DNA of 64,000 nucleotides, from positions 23,302 through 87,301 of the IMG/VR virus record IMGVR_UViG_3300037067_011169. One strand, 5' to 3'. Shown here piece by piece: positions 52,735-61,989 of the stretch. How positions within the stretch are numbered: position 1 is the first letter of the stretch; every line of letters starts with the position of its first letter. The stretch comes from a virus. Its lineage: Duplodnaviria; Caudoviricetes. The notes below the pieces were generated by a model. That model ran no database searches and was not told the origin of the DNA. It saw only the letters and a program-made list of their open reading frames with translations. The position numbers and the translations under genes were made by a program.

Positions 52735-54414
52735 TCAAAGGAAAGACTTCACGTCTTTGTCCGTCACTTGCATCGCAACTAACGGGAGAGCGATCTCCGC
52801 GTAAGCCCGAGCATGAGCAAAATGGTCTGGACCCAATTCCTTGAAAACATAAATTGGGTTGCCAAACTCATCCCGCTCGTAAGTTCCGACAAGATTCGTC
52901 ATGTGCTCTCGGTACTCAAGAGACACGTCATGAGGAAGTGCTATTCGTGGGGGATTTGTTTTGTAACGTCCTAAAGCAGCGCTCAACCAGTTGGAACGAT
53001 CTACGGTAATCACCGGTGCGTCGTCACCGTCATCAGCGATGGAAATCTCCTTGGCTGTGACACCACGACGATATCTGCAAAGATAAACGTGGCCAGGAAA
53101 TCGTCTGGCAAACCGACGCGCATCGAGAATCCAAGGATCAGCGTCGATCACGCAGGTCAGAACCTGCCACTCCCGCATGAGTTGATTCAAGAAGGAATCG
53201 AAATCGTCACGCCAGAACTTGCCCTCGGCGAGGACCTTTGCAAAGGCATTCACATTGATGTCCGTCGTGAAGCCGTCTAGCTTCCATTGACAGACCTCAT
53301 AATAGCTCCAATCACCAACGTCTACGCCAAGTGTGATAATCTGGTCATTCGCAAACAAAGGGCGAGGATCATTCTTACTGTGCGTCTCGATCGAAGTCTC
53401 CACCATGTCCTGAGTGACCTGTGCGCCGTCACTGACATAGGGGAGACCTAATTGTGAATTGTGAAATTCCTTCGCGGCAAGCTCGTCGCCAAACCCTCGA
53501 AAGTAGCAGACGACCAATTCGCCAGGAGTCATCGTGAACGAGTAGAGTTGCGAGATATGGAAACCACGATGATCGGGGTTTCCATTGGGGTTCATCGCCG
53601 CCCATTCCGCCTCCGCCAGCCAACTCGGTTTATCCTGGTGTTCGAGCCGCTTCCCGCACAGATGACATTTAAGGTAGGACTCGACGCAGCGTGGATCAGT
53701 TACCGTTTCACCAACGATCTCGATGTTGTCCGGCCACGTCAAGAAGATATGCTTGCCGCAACCCGGACACTTGAATACGAAATGCTCTTGCGTGCTGGTT
53801 GTAAAGAGTTTGTGAATTCCGTGGTTATGGACGGTTGGAGTCGAAATGCCCCAGACGTGTTTCTCAATGTGACCCTGAAGACGAGTCATCGCAAGCCAGA
53901 TCGCCTTCTGATCCATCTCATCCACCTCGTCGAGGATGAGTTCTGAAACAGGGGTAGATTTCAGGTTGCTGTCGCCCCGGGACCCGGTGATATACAGACA
54001 ATTGGTTCCGGCTTGCTTCAAGTCAACGGAATTCGTGTCTGTGAACAACGCTTTGAGATAAGGACTCAACGCGAGTGCGGGACCGAAGCGACCCTTGGAA
54101 AACTTGCTGGCGTTCTTCGTTGTAGGAAGAACGTACATCACATCTCGTTTGAGCTTATCAATCGTGTACAAGGCTCGATTGATGCCCACTTCGGTGACGC
54201 CTAGCTGTGCGCCCTTCATGGCCCAGTTGAACGGGGCCCATGAATTGTGCATCTCCTCCACCCACGGATAGTAGGTATCCGAGTAGGGGCCGGAAAAGTC
54301 CCCACCCATGATTCTCCTACAGGTGGCCCAACGATAGCAGGAGGTTAGCGTGCGATTCTTCAGGCCGTCCGCGATCTGCGCGAGCGGATCAAACAGAATG
54401 TCATTGCTAACCAT
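52735..54414 (-). CDS. Terminase large subunit (GpA-like)
   Basis: KGAQLGVTE, ILDEVD, ISTPT, CPGCG/CHLC finger, LGVDVG, DHFAHA. Confidence 0.92.
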   Translation of the reverse strand: MVSNDILFDPLAQIADGLKNRTLTSCYRWATCRRIMGGDFSGPYSDTYYPWVEEMHNSWAPFNWAMKGAQLGVTEVGINRALYTIDKLKRDVMYVLPTTKNASKFSKGRFGPALALSPYLKALFTDTNSVDLKQAGTNCLYITGSRGDSNLKSTPVSELILDEVDEMDQKAIWLAMTRLQGHIEKHVWGISTPTVHNHGIHKLFTTSTQEHFVFKCPGCGKHIFLTWPDNIEIVGETVTDPRCVESYLKCHLCGKRLEHQDKPSWLAEAEWAAMNPNGNPDHRGFHISQLYSFTMTPGELVVCYFRGFGDELAAKEFHNSQLGLPYVSDGAQVTQDMVETSIETHSKNDPRPLFANDQIITLGVDVGDWSYYEVCQWKLDGFTTDINVNAFAKVLAEGKFWRDDFDSFLNQLMREWQVLTCVIDADPWILDARRFARRFPGHVYLCRYRRGVTAKEISIADDGDDAPVITVDRSNWLSAALGRYKTNPPRIALPHDVSLEYREHMTNLVGTYERDEFGNPIYVFKELGPDHFAHARAYAEIALPLVAMQVTDKDVKSFL

Positions 54415-54422
54415 AGAAAAGA

Positions 54423-54884
54423 CTACATTGAGTAACGGTAGCGAGTCTGCTTGGCAGGCTCAGGAGAAGACGGTTCGGATGCCGGAGCAACTGGAGGAAC
54501 CACAAAAGTTGGGATAAACACGGCAGGTGGTTCCACTACAGGTTCAGGAGTGGGTTCAGGAGTGGGTTCAGGAGTGGGTTCAGGAGTGGGTTCAGAATCA
54601 GGCTTACGCGCCTTTTTCTTCTTCGCATTCTCATCCTTCACCTCAATATCAGTCTTCACTGGCTTGGGATTGCCCTTCCGAAGAATAGTCCCTGCCTCGA
54701 TCTGATTTCCCCTGCCATTGCAGAACTGAATTTCCACCGTTACCTCGTCTTCGTCGATTCCCTCGGGAATCGGAAGGACGCACTTCTGATGGGAGTTGTC
54801 CATCAGCATTTGTGTCTTCCACGTCGCTGTTGACGCGATCACTTTCACTAACGGACTGGTGGTTCTCGGCAGATTGATTATCAT
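54423..54884 (-). CDS. Proline-rich protein (PEPT repeats)
   Basis: GAGG RBS and ATG 54884. Confidence 0.65.
   Translation of the reverse strand: MIINLPRTTSPLVKVIASTATWKTQMLMDNSHQKCVLPIPEGIDEDEVTVEIQFCNGRGNQIEAGTILRKGNPKPVKTDIEVKDENAKKKKARKPDSEPTPEPTPEPTPEPTPEPVVEPPAVFIPTFVVPPVAPASEPSSPEPAKQTRYRYSM
54541..54595. repeat. Tandem 12-bp repeat GGTTCAGGAGTG x4.6 encoding (PEPT)n
   Basis: Exact repeat. Confidence 0.95.
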
Positions 54885-55143
54885 TGGATACCTCATTGGT
54901 TTGAACAACGGCTTGCAGTCTCTTGACTAAAGCCTGAATGGACGACACTGGCATTCCCTTCATTTGCAGCAACACATACTGTTCAAGAATGCCAACGTGA
55001 GCATTGAGAGCAAGACAAGTCGCAGACCACAACCGTGTCGCTTCGGTACTCTCAGTGATTTGGAGCACAACCTGGTCTTTTGGTTTCTCGATAGGTGTGC
55101 CGGTTGGACAGTTTCGGCAACGTCGCTTATTGCGGACAGCCAT
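54649..55143 (-). CDS. Hypothetical protein; 3' half overlaps the next gene
   Basis: AAGG RBS, CRNC; low-complexity tail in an alternate frame. Confidence 0.5.
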   Translation of the reverse strand: MAVRNKRRCRNCPTGTPIEKPKDQVVLQITESTEATRLWSATCLALNAHVGILEQYVLLQMKGMPVSSIQALVKRLQAVVQTNEVSNDNQSAENHQSVSESDRVNSDVEDTNADGQLPSEVRPSDSRGNRRRRGNGGNSVLQWQGKSDRGRDYSSEGQSQASED

Positions 55144-55169
55144 TAGAATTCCTTTTCAAATACATGTCC

Positions 55170-55207
55170 AAGAAAGGGATGGAACAATCCTGCGATTGTT
55201 CCATCCC
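55170..55207 (-). terminator. Perfect 14-bp hairpin, probable terminator
   Basis: GGGATGGAACAATC-N4-GATTGTTCCATCCC then TTTCTT on the minus strand. Confidence 0.7.
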
Positions 55208-55295
55208 GGAATGCTGGTTGACGATGGCGAACGCACGAGAACCAAAAGAATGTGACAAGAAGTCACGTCGCCAGGAGAAGAGGAACCAGCTTGTT

Positions 55296-55691
55296 TCAGA
55301 TTGCCGTCACGGCTTCCACCGCCTTGGTAACCTCGGCAAGTCGGGCAGCAACAAAGGCGCGCCCTTCCTCGGTCTTGAGTTTCGCCGTCAGCATATTGAG
55401 GAAGACAGTTTCAACTTCGGCCAACACGGGGTCTTCGCCAGACATGAACAACTCCGCGAGCGTCCGCATCTTATTGGCCATGCCCGAATAATCGCCCACG
55501 CTGTAATCAAGCAGAAAATCAGGCACCTTCTTCAAGCCCGCAACTTGCAGGCTTGCGGCCATCTTCGCAGCAGCCCGACGCCGATTTTCACGATCGGTGT
55601 CGCGTTGGAAGATACGCTTCGTGAGCATATAGCCCAGCAACGGAACACAAATGCACAACAGAATAGTAGGAACAGTCAAAACGAGATTCAT
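55296..55691 (-). CDS. Membrane-anchored hypothetical protein
   Basis: N-terminal TM helix then helical soluble domain. Confidence 0.7.
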   Translation of the reverse strand: MNLVLTVPTILLCICVPLLGYMLTKRIFQRDTDRENRRRAAAKMAASLQVAGLKKVPDFLLDYSVGDYSGMANKMRTLAELFMSGEDPVLAEVETVFLNMLTAKLKTEEGRAFVAARLAEVTKAVEAVTAI

Positions 55692-55720
55692 TGTTCTTCT
55701 CCAAGAATGATTTCCAAACG

Positions 55721-56365
55721 TTATCGCCCGCGATATTCATCACTAAAGTGTTTGACGGCACCGAGCACGCCACCCACTATCGCCAGGATCAACAGGATAA
55801 TCGATCCTGACAGTCTCTTGACGGAAGGCTCTGCTGAGAGGGGTTGTGGCGGAGGATCGACTGCATAGGGAGCCACATCTTCCTCGTCCTCATCGGGAGC
55901 CGACTGTCGCCTGCCTTTGAAACACTGAGAGGCTTTTGCCCTTGTATTGAGACCCTTCGCCAACGCATCAGCGGTCATCGGTACGTTCAATCCAGCGAAC
56001 TCAGCAACAGGCTCTCTGTCGGCAATGCTTTGAAGCGTAACGCACGGCAGGATCGGAACCGCCTCGGCGTATCGATCACGATAGAGCCGAGTATCGCTAT
56101 AGATCACGTTGTAATGTGTCTGATCCCTCAATTCCGTCAGCGTTTTGTTTTTGTCAAACCATTTGACCATCGACTTGAATTTTGGATCATGTCGATCGCC
56201 GAACAGAGTCAGGTATGGCTTGAACTGATCTTGAGGAAGGTTGATAACCCTTTCCTCGGTGTAACGAACACCGTAGGCGGCATCAGCCTTCATCGCGGGC
56301 TCATTGGCCCAAACTGGTGCAAGACATCCCAGCACCAGAATGCTCGCCAAAAGATAGCGAATCAT
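55721..56365 (-). CDS. Secreted protein with signal peptide and C-terminal TM anchor
   Basis: MIRYLLASILVLGCLAPVWA signal; SIILLILAIVGGVLGAV anchor. Confidence 0.7.
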   Translation of the reverse strand: MIRYLLASILVLGCLAPVWANEPAMKADAAYGVRYTEERVINLPQDQFKPYLTLFGDRHDPKFKSMVKWFDKNKTLTELRDQTHYNVIYSDTRLYRDRYAEAVPILPCVTLQSIADREPVAEFAGLNVPMTADALAKGLNTRAKASQCFKGRRQSAPDEDEEDVAPYAVDPPPQPLSAEPSVKRLSGSIILLILAIVGGVLGAVKHFSDEYRGR

Positions 56366-56967
56366 CTTGTGTCCTCATAAGGTAAAGGAGGTGCTGGAGT
56401 GTACACGGGCGTCACAGCCCAGCCATTCGAGTTTTCCCATTCAGCAATGAACATTTGTCGTGGAACCCAGATGATCGTATCGATGTCATTGCTATCCATG
56501 AGCCCCGCCCACTTCTTGTCGAAGTGAACCAAAGCGACCATGTGCTTGCCGCCCATGACCGTCACGCCGCATCCGCGGCGCGTCGAGCAAGCCCAATCCA
56601 AAAAGGATACGTCGCCATCTGTCGTGTAAGCGTATCGTATTCCCTCACGAGTCAACTTATCCGCTAGATTGTCCCGAGCATCCCACGTTGCATCAGCAAC
56701 GTCACCATCTCCGTAGGTGTGCCGCCAATGGTAGGCTGTTGCATAACGGCCTTGCCAGCGAAACAGCGAAACCAACGTCGCGTGAGGGCACGACCCCTCA
56801 TCCATCACTCCGGTCCAATTCCATTCTCTGAGTGACACTGGTAGATTGACGGTAGGGTATTCGATCAAGGCAACCTGGGACCCGCCCATATTCGGTTGGC
56901 CATAGTCAACCCTTACCTCGCAACCAGTTAGAATCAGTGACAGTAGGATGACTGCCAGAATTCTCAT
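56362..56967 (-). CDS. Lipoprotein with papain-fold (C39-like) peptidase domain
   Basis: Lipobox LTGC after a hydrophobic signal; GSCPHA (Cys), KHMVAL (His), MDSN; GGAG RBS. Confidence 0.7.
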   Translation of the reverse strand: MRILAVILLSLILTGCEVRVDYGQPNMGGSQVALIEYPTVNLPVSLREWNWTGVMDEGSCPHATLVSLFRWQGRYATAYHWRHTYGDGDVADATWDARDNLADKLTREGIRYAYTTDGDVSFLDWACSTRRGCGVTVMGGKHMVALVHFDKKWAGLMDSNDIDTIIWVPRQMFIAEWENSNGWAVTPVYTPAPPLPYEDTR

Positions 56968-57554
56968 TTGAGTCTCCGGGGCTTGAGGAGGATATTCTGC
57001 TTTCGTTCCGCCCTCACGAAACGATTGGGGTTCCAACGACTCACATTGTCTGTACGAAAGATGCCGATATTTACGTGAGCCGCACAGCACCACTCTGAGC
57101 AAAAGATCGTACTCAAGTCCTGGTCCCGGAATAGCGACTCGATCCAGGAAAGTCCTGCCCCCGCAGATCGAAATGCGCCCATCTGATCGTAGGGCACACT
57201 GATGGTCTCAAGAAGAAATTCATTCAGCCGTTTCCGCTCATTCTCGTACAACGATCGACAAAGCGGAAAATGCCAAATGCGTCCTTCGTATCTTTGAATC
57301 ACGTCCTCAAGAACGTGAGCTTGAGTTCCGTCAAAAGGTCTTCCGAGAATTTCGCAAGGAAGACTGTCCAACGTTGTGGACTCGAACAGCAGCAACCGGC
57401 CATCAGACGCCTCACCCATGATGCCGACGTGGCTGATTCCCCACCTGGGGATCGCGTAGGTTGCGACGTTGATTAAGTCGCTAATCAGACTGTTGCCACT
57501 GAAAGCAATAATGTCGCCAGGCTCAAAGCCTGCCGTGTCCGTGAGTCCGTTCAC
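56964..57554 (-). CDS. Permuted NlpC/P60 (YiiX/YebB-like) hydrolase
   Basis: PGDIIAF, SHVGI (His), YD, FCSE (Cys) in permuted order. Confidence 0.8.
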   Translation of the reverse strand: MNGLTDTAGFEPGDIIAFSGNSLISDLINVATYAIPRWGISHVGIMGEASDGRLLLFESTTLDSLPCEILGRPFDGTQAHVLEDVIQRYEGRIWHFPLCRSLYENERKRLNEFLLETISVPYDQMGAFRSAGAGLSWIESLFRDQDLSTIFCSEWCCAAHVNIGIFRTDNVSRWNPNRFVRAERKQNILLKPRRLK

Positions 57555-57720
57555 AAGTTGCTCCCTTCCTGTTGTCACCTTGGTGGTCGCCAGGAGCATT
57601 CAAGGAAACGCGCTGGGAACGACCATTGAATCGTTGTTGATCCAAAGAGTAGCAGACCTCGCACCGCGTTTCATCAAGAATCTCAACACGTCTACCACAC
57701 GCACACCATCGCGGGAGCAT
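57523..57720 (-). CDS. Small zinc-finger protein
   Basis: CACG..RCEVC; GAGG RBS. Confidence 0.55.
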   Translation of the reverse strand: MLPRWCACGRRVEILDETRCEVCYSLDQQRFNGRSQRVSLNAPGDHQGDNRKGATCERTHGHGRL

Positions 57721-57726
57721 AGCACC

Positions 57727-58281
57727 TCAATTGAAAGCCAACTTCAGTGGCTCATCAGTATTCTGAGCGGACTGAACCGCAGGGAAGAGACGCTGCACGA
57801 TTCGATCAATGATCTCTTCATGCCCGTCAACGTATTGCAGTTCGTCGATTATGATCTCGCAAATCTGCTGACAGAGATGAGCAACCGATTGCTTGGACAG
57901 CAAATTGCCAAGACTTTGCTCCAGGGAGTGGCAACTTTTTATGAGCCGCTCCAGTGTCAGAAACATGCTGTTCAGCGAAGCACAGGAATTCTGGTAATCA
58001 GCCTCTGTGCGAATCATGTTGAAACGTTTTTCGATGAGCATTCGGAGAAGGCCAATTTCCTCTCTGAGGGATTTGACGCTCTCATGATCGCTCAACTCGG
58101 CCAGTCGGCGTCGGTTGTCCACCTCAGCCAAATGGTAGAGGCGCTTTTTCTCTGCCTCTTCCTTGCCCTTTCCGCCATGGGTGGCGCAATACTCAGAACC
58201 GTATTCCGCCTGGTTCCAACACTGTTCGTGACTGTAGGTATATTTGCACCGCCTGGGGTCGGCTGGGTCTTTCACGCGCAT
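57727..58281 (-). CDS. Putative terminase small subunit-like protein, first gene of the late operon
   Basis: RRC..C...YCATHGG finger, SLREEIGLLRMLI helix, position. Confidence 0.5.
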   Translation of the reverse strand: MRVKDPADPRRCKYTYSHEQCWNQAEYGSEYCATHGGKGKEEAEKKRLYHLAEVDNRRRLAELSDHESVKSLREEIGLLRMLIEKRFNMIRTEADYQNSCASLNSMFLTLERLIKSCHSLEQSLGNLLSKQSVAHLCQQICEIIIDELQYVDGHEEIIDRIVQRLFPAVQSAQNTDEPLKLAFN

Positions 58282-58305
58282 CCTTGTGCTCCTCTCTTTC
58301 CCTCT

Positions 58306-58344
58306 ACTAATACAGTAGCGCAGAAATGGAAAAATTGTTCCAAT
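58306..58344 (-). promoter_or_regulatory. Conserved 39-bp motif copy C
   Basis: ATTGGAACAATTTTTCCATTTCTGCGCTACTGTATTAGT upstream of the virion operon. Confidence 0.7.
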
Positions 58345-58519
58345 TTTGAGGGATTTTTGGAAAAATAGTTGCATTTGCCGCGTCAATGGACGCCAGACGG
58401 AATAACCGGTCCTTCTCCCAGAAATTTCGTTGGAAATCGACGCGACAAAAGGACACTTCCGAGAAGACAGGCATTGTATGAAATAGAGGACAATCACCCA
58501 CCCCTACAGGAGAAAACCG

Positions 58520-58765
58520 ATGCGACAGTATTTCATCTTCTACAAGAGAGGCAAGGGAGAATTCACCCGGCTCAATCCCACGGACTATCGGAAGCTCATC
58601 GACAGGAAGGAAGTGAACCAGGCCGTGGACATCATGCAGAACAACCCGAGCATCGAGGGCGTCTGCGTCCGCCTGGAAGACGAACTCTTCAACATCACGT
58701 CCCTGTCCCGGCCGGCGCTGCTCCCGGACGCCTTTCTCTTTCAAGAGGACGTGCCAAATGGCTGA
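58520..58765 (+). CDS. Hypothetical protein
   Basis: AGGAG RBS. Confidence 0.65.
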   Translation: MRQYFIFYKRGKGEFTRLNPTDYRKLIDRKEVNQAVDIMQNNPSIEGVCVRLEDELFNITSLSRPALLPDAFLFQEDVPNG

Positions 58766-59240
58766 GATCGCCGACAAACCAACGCTCAGAATGGTCCCCA
58801 TTCCGACATTTCGGGTCAAATACCTGGACCTTCAAGAATTCATTTCCCAGGTCTACCACATGGAGTTTGACTTTCTCCATGCCGCCGGACTGACCAATGG
58901 GATGATCCCAGAATACCAGGTCGATGGAACCATCACTCCGCCCCTCGAAGGACTGCGGGCACGACTTCACATGGGACGGCCCATCAACAACATCACCTTG
59001 ATCCTGAACGACCTGGTCAGTTCAGGCCAGATTCCCAAGGGCACCTACATCGTCGATACCCACAAGAAGCGCGATGACACGGAACTCTATCGCGCTCTTC
59101 TGTTGGAAACGAGGAATCCTCAATCTCCTGAGTGTATGGCCTTCAAAGCAGCGCACCATCGAAACAAAACGCTGCAAGAGCGATTCGCCATCCTCGATGA
59201 GGAGATGACGAAGGAACTTCACCGATCACGACGCAAGTAA
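58758..59240 (+). CDS. Hypothetical protein
   Basis: GAGG RBS, operon overlap. Confidence 0.65.
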   Translation: MAEIADKPTLRMVPIPTFRVKYLDLQEFISQVYHMEFDFLHAAGLTNGMIPEYQVDGTITPPLEGLRARLHMGRPINNITLILNDLVSSGQIPKGTYIVDTHKKRDDTELYRALLLETRNPQSPECMAFKAAHHRNKTLQERFAILDEEMTKELHRSRRK

Positions 59241-59249
59241 AGGTGCATC

Positions 59250-60572
59250 ATGAACCAATGGGGTTGGATCATCGCCGGCGCTGCCGCCATGACGGGGACA
59301 TTCAGCATGTGCTGGAGTTACGTCAAGAGTTTCTGGACGTACATGAAGAGTCACGTCATCGTTACATGCCAGGTCCAAGGCGACCTTGAAGAGGCACTCA
59401 GCATGTATTGCTGGACGCACTTCAAGTGTTCGCCATTTGGCATTCGCAACTATGTGGGATGGACGATCTTCGTCCGACCCGTGAAGAGGGTCCAGCTAAT
59501 CACCATGGAATTCATCGGTAAGAAAGGAAAACTATTTTGGCGAGGATGGAGGCCCATCTGGACGAAGCGAAGCGGACCCTATGAAGGCAGCGACATTGTC
59601 ATGAAGGACAGACGCTTTGAAGGCGGGCTGACCATGAGTTTCCTTCGAGGTACGTTCAATCTGGATCAATTGCTGATTCAAGCCACCAATGAATACAACA
59701 GCGTCCAAGCGGCCGGAGAGAATCAAACGAGAAGCCGCTACTTCGTCCGCCACATCTTCGGCACTGATGGAAAGATGGGCCGGAAAGAGGATGACGGCTG
59801 CGTCGTGAGCAATGACTCCAACGGACAACTGACGGCGACGACCTCGCTACAGAACCGTATTCTCCAATGGGAGCCTGATGATCTTGGAGTATGCCGCCTG
59901 AATCATGGGAACGCCGTCGATCAGCTTGCGCTAAGCCCAGAAGGCAACAAGATGGTTGACGAAATCAAGCGATGGAAGACCAGCGAGAACTGGTACAAGG
60001 ATCGAGGCATCCCCTGGCGACGTGGATGGCTGCTCTATGGACCAGGAGGTACAGGGAAGACCTCCCTGGTTCGAGCCGTCGCCGAGGACCTGGACCTGCC
60101 CATATTCGTCTACCACCTTTCCACACTCTATGACGATGAGCTACAGAAAGCCTGGCAGCGAATGCAAATGGCGGTCCCGTGCGTTGCCCTGATCGAGGAC
60201 ATCGACACCAACTTCGACGGCAGGACGAACATCACTGGCGGTCACTTGACCTTCGATTGCCTGCTGAATTGCATTGACGGAGTGGAACGCACGGGAGGCA
60301 TCCTGCTTGCCGTCACAACCAACCAACTCGACAAGGTGGATGCGGCGCTGGGAATCCCCACGGCCGAGAAAACCTCGACCCGACCGGGGCGACTCGATCG
60401 GGTGCTAGAGATGCACCTACTTGATGATGCCGGCCGAGAAAAACTCTGTCGGCGAATACTGGCAGAGTGGCCGGAAACCTGGCCTGAACTGATCGCGGCC
60501 GGCGTCAACGAGACTGGCGCTCAGTTTGAAAGTCGATGCACCCAGAAGGCCATCGAACTCTTCTGGAATTAG
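59250..60572 (+). CDS. BCS1-like AAA+ ATPase with N-terminal membrane anchor
   Basis: GIPWRRGWLLYGPGGTGKT, IEDID, LTFDCLLNCIDG, TTN, RPGRLD; hydrophobic N-terminus. Confidence 0.85.
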   Translation: MNQWGWIIAGAAAMTGTFSMCWSYVKSFWTYMKSHVIVTCQVQGDLEEALSMYCWTHFKCSPFGIRNYVGWTIFVRPVKRVQLITMEFIGKKGKLFWRGWRPIWTKRSGPYEGSDIVMKDRRFEGGLTMSFLRGTFNLDQLLIQATNEYNSVQAAGENQTRSRYFVRHIFGTDGKMGRKEDDGCVVSNDSNGQLTATTSLQNRILQWEPDDLGVCRLNHGNAVDQLALSPEGNKMVDEIKRWKTSENWYKDRGIPWRRGWLLYGPGGTGKTSLVRAVAEDLDLPIFVYHLSTLYDDELQKAWQRMQMAVPCVALIEDIDTNFDGRTNITGGHLTFDCLLNCIDGVERTGGILLAVTTNQLDKVDAALGIPTAEKTSTRPGRLDRVLEMHLLDDAGREKLCRRILAEWPETWPELIAAGVNETGAQFESRCTQKAIELFWN

Positions 60573-60961
60573 CCCGTGGGAATCATCCGAATGTTAGCCC
60601 AATCCCTACTCTGTATCTTCTTAATAGCCTCGGACCCGTAGACACCCAAATCCACCCGTTCCCAGAAGCTGCCACCATTTCGCACCGAAATCAATTTCGC
60701 GGTTTCATCGATGCCACAAATGACTGTTTCAACGCTGAACGGAGCCGACATCTCCGCGCGATACCAGTTCTTATCTATCAAGATTTCCAGGTTATCCCAA
60801 TACGCAAAGCGGAATCGAACTTCCAAGCATCCATCTGGTCGCTTCCACACGCAAGCGATCCAATTCATGTTCGGAACGCCGGTCCTACGTCGATACTCCA
60901 TGGAGGGTTGATCGACGAACCACATGGCTATGTAGAGATTTTCCTGTTTGAATTCGATCAT
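60569..60961 (-). CDS. Hypothetical protein
   Basis: ATGA overlap with the upstream gene. Confidence 0.6.
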   Translation of the reverse strand: MIEFKQENLYIAMWFVDQPSMEYRRRTGVPNMNWIACVWKRPDGCLEVRFRFAYWDNLEILIDKNWYRAEMSAPFSVETVICGIDETAKLISVRNGGSFWERVDLGVYGSEAIKKIQSRDWANIRMIPTG

Positions 60962-61851
60962 CGTACCGCGCACGCTAAAGAACTGATGACTTCCACCATT
61001 TGCTCCACGCCACCAACATGGACAATGATCTTTCGTGGTGGATATGCCGCCTTGACGGTGGCCATCTGTTGACCGCCTATCATTTGTGCCCAAATGATGG
61101 CATGATCGACAGCCGATGGGAAATCATGATTCCTCAGTGCTGCCGCTTCGAGAAATCTTAATTGAACCAAGTCTCCAGCCCCATCACTGATCTTCTTCTG
61201 TTGAGCGCTGGTTCGTGTGCCAACAATCAAGACTCTTCGTTTCTGACACGAACCATTGGATTTCCCCATTGGCTGTCGATTATCAGCAGCCAGGTGGGGT
61301 GCTGCTTTTGCTCCCAGACCTTGTGGTGAAATGACAATGGGTCGTGTCAGGTCTTGGACTAACCGCTTTGCGCACGCTGCCGCCAAGTCAGATGTGGGAA
61401 CCGTTGCCAGAAGGACATCCACAGAGAAGACGTGAAGAAGGTCTTCAGGTGCTACCAACTGAAGCACACGAGGCAGAAAATGAGTCAACACAGCGTCATC
61501 ATCCATGGTCTCAATGAGTTCCTGGCGCTGTTTAGGCAGGTCTTCACAGAAGGACAACTTGGCTCGCAACTGTTCTGCCTCTTGAGCCAACGCGAAGAGT
61601 TCCTTTTCCCTACGGAAAATCCGTTTCAAAAGCGGTTTAAGCGTCGTTGAATTCAGATGCTTACGTCGCCGGTTGGGAGGGAGCCTCTCTTGCGCCCTGA
61701 TAGCCAGGGTAGCAATAGGTTCTATCGAGGATCGCCTCATCTCGACAACCAGGTTGGCGATAATGCCCCATTCGTCTTCGTCCCAATAGATTCGATCCTT
61801 TATGATCCGCAAGGTTGGCTTCTGAGGGAAGCGTTCTCGTACTTTAGTCAT
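60958..61851 (-). CDS. Hypothetical protein
   Basis: GGAGG RBS, 297 aa. Confidence 0.7.
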   Translation of the reverse strand: MTKVRERFPQKPTLRIIKDRIYWDEDEWGIIANLVVEMRRSSIEPIATLAIRAQERLPPNRRRKHLNSTTLKPLLKRIFRREKELFALAQEAEQLRAKLSFCEDLPKQRQELIETMDDDAVLTHFLPRVLQLVAPEDLLHVFSVDVLLATVPTSDLAAACAKRLVQDLTRPIVISPQGLGAKAAPHLAADNRQPMGKSNGSCQKRRVLIVGTRTSAQQKKISDGAGDLVQLRFLEAAALRNHDFPSAVDHAIIWAQMIGGQQMATVKAAYPPRKIIVHVGGVEQMVEVISSLACAVR

Positions 61852-61954
61852 AACCCCTCCAAAGGGTGGGAACCCCTAAATCATCGTCTTGGGTCGATTC
61901 TAAGCCATTATCGTTCGGACAAACAAGCCCCAGGAGAAAATTCCAAAATAGGGC

Positions 61955-61983
61955 TTGCAATCGGATACGACTTCTGCTACGGT
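61955..61983 (+). promoter_or_regulatory. Putative sigma-70 promoter
   Basis: TTGCAA-N17-TACGGT. Confidence 0.4.
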
Positions 61984-61989
61984 GTGACT

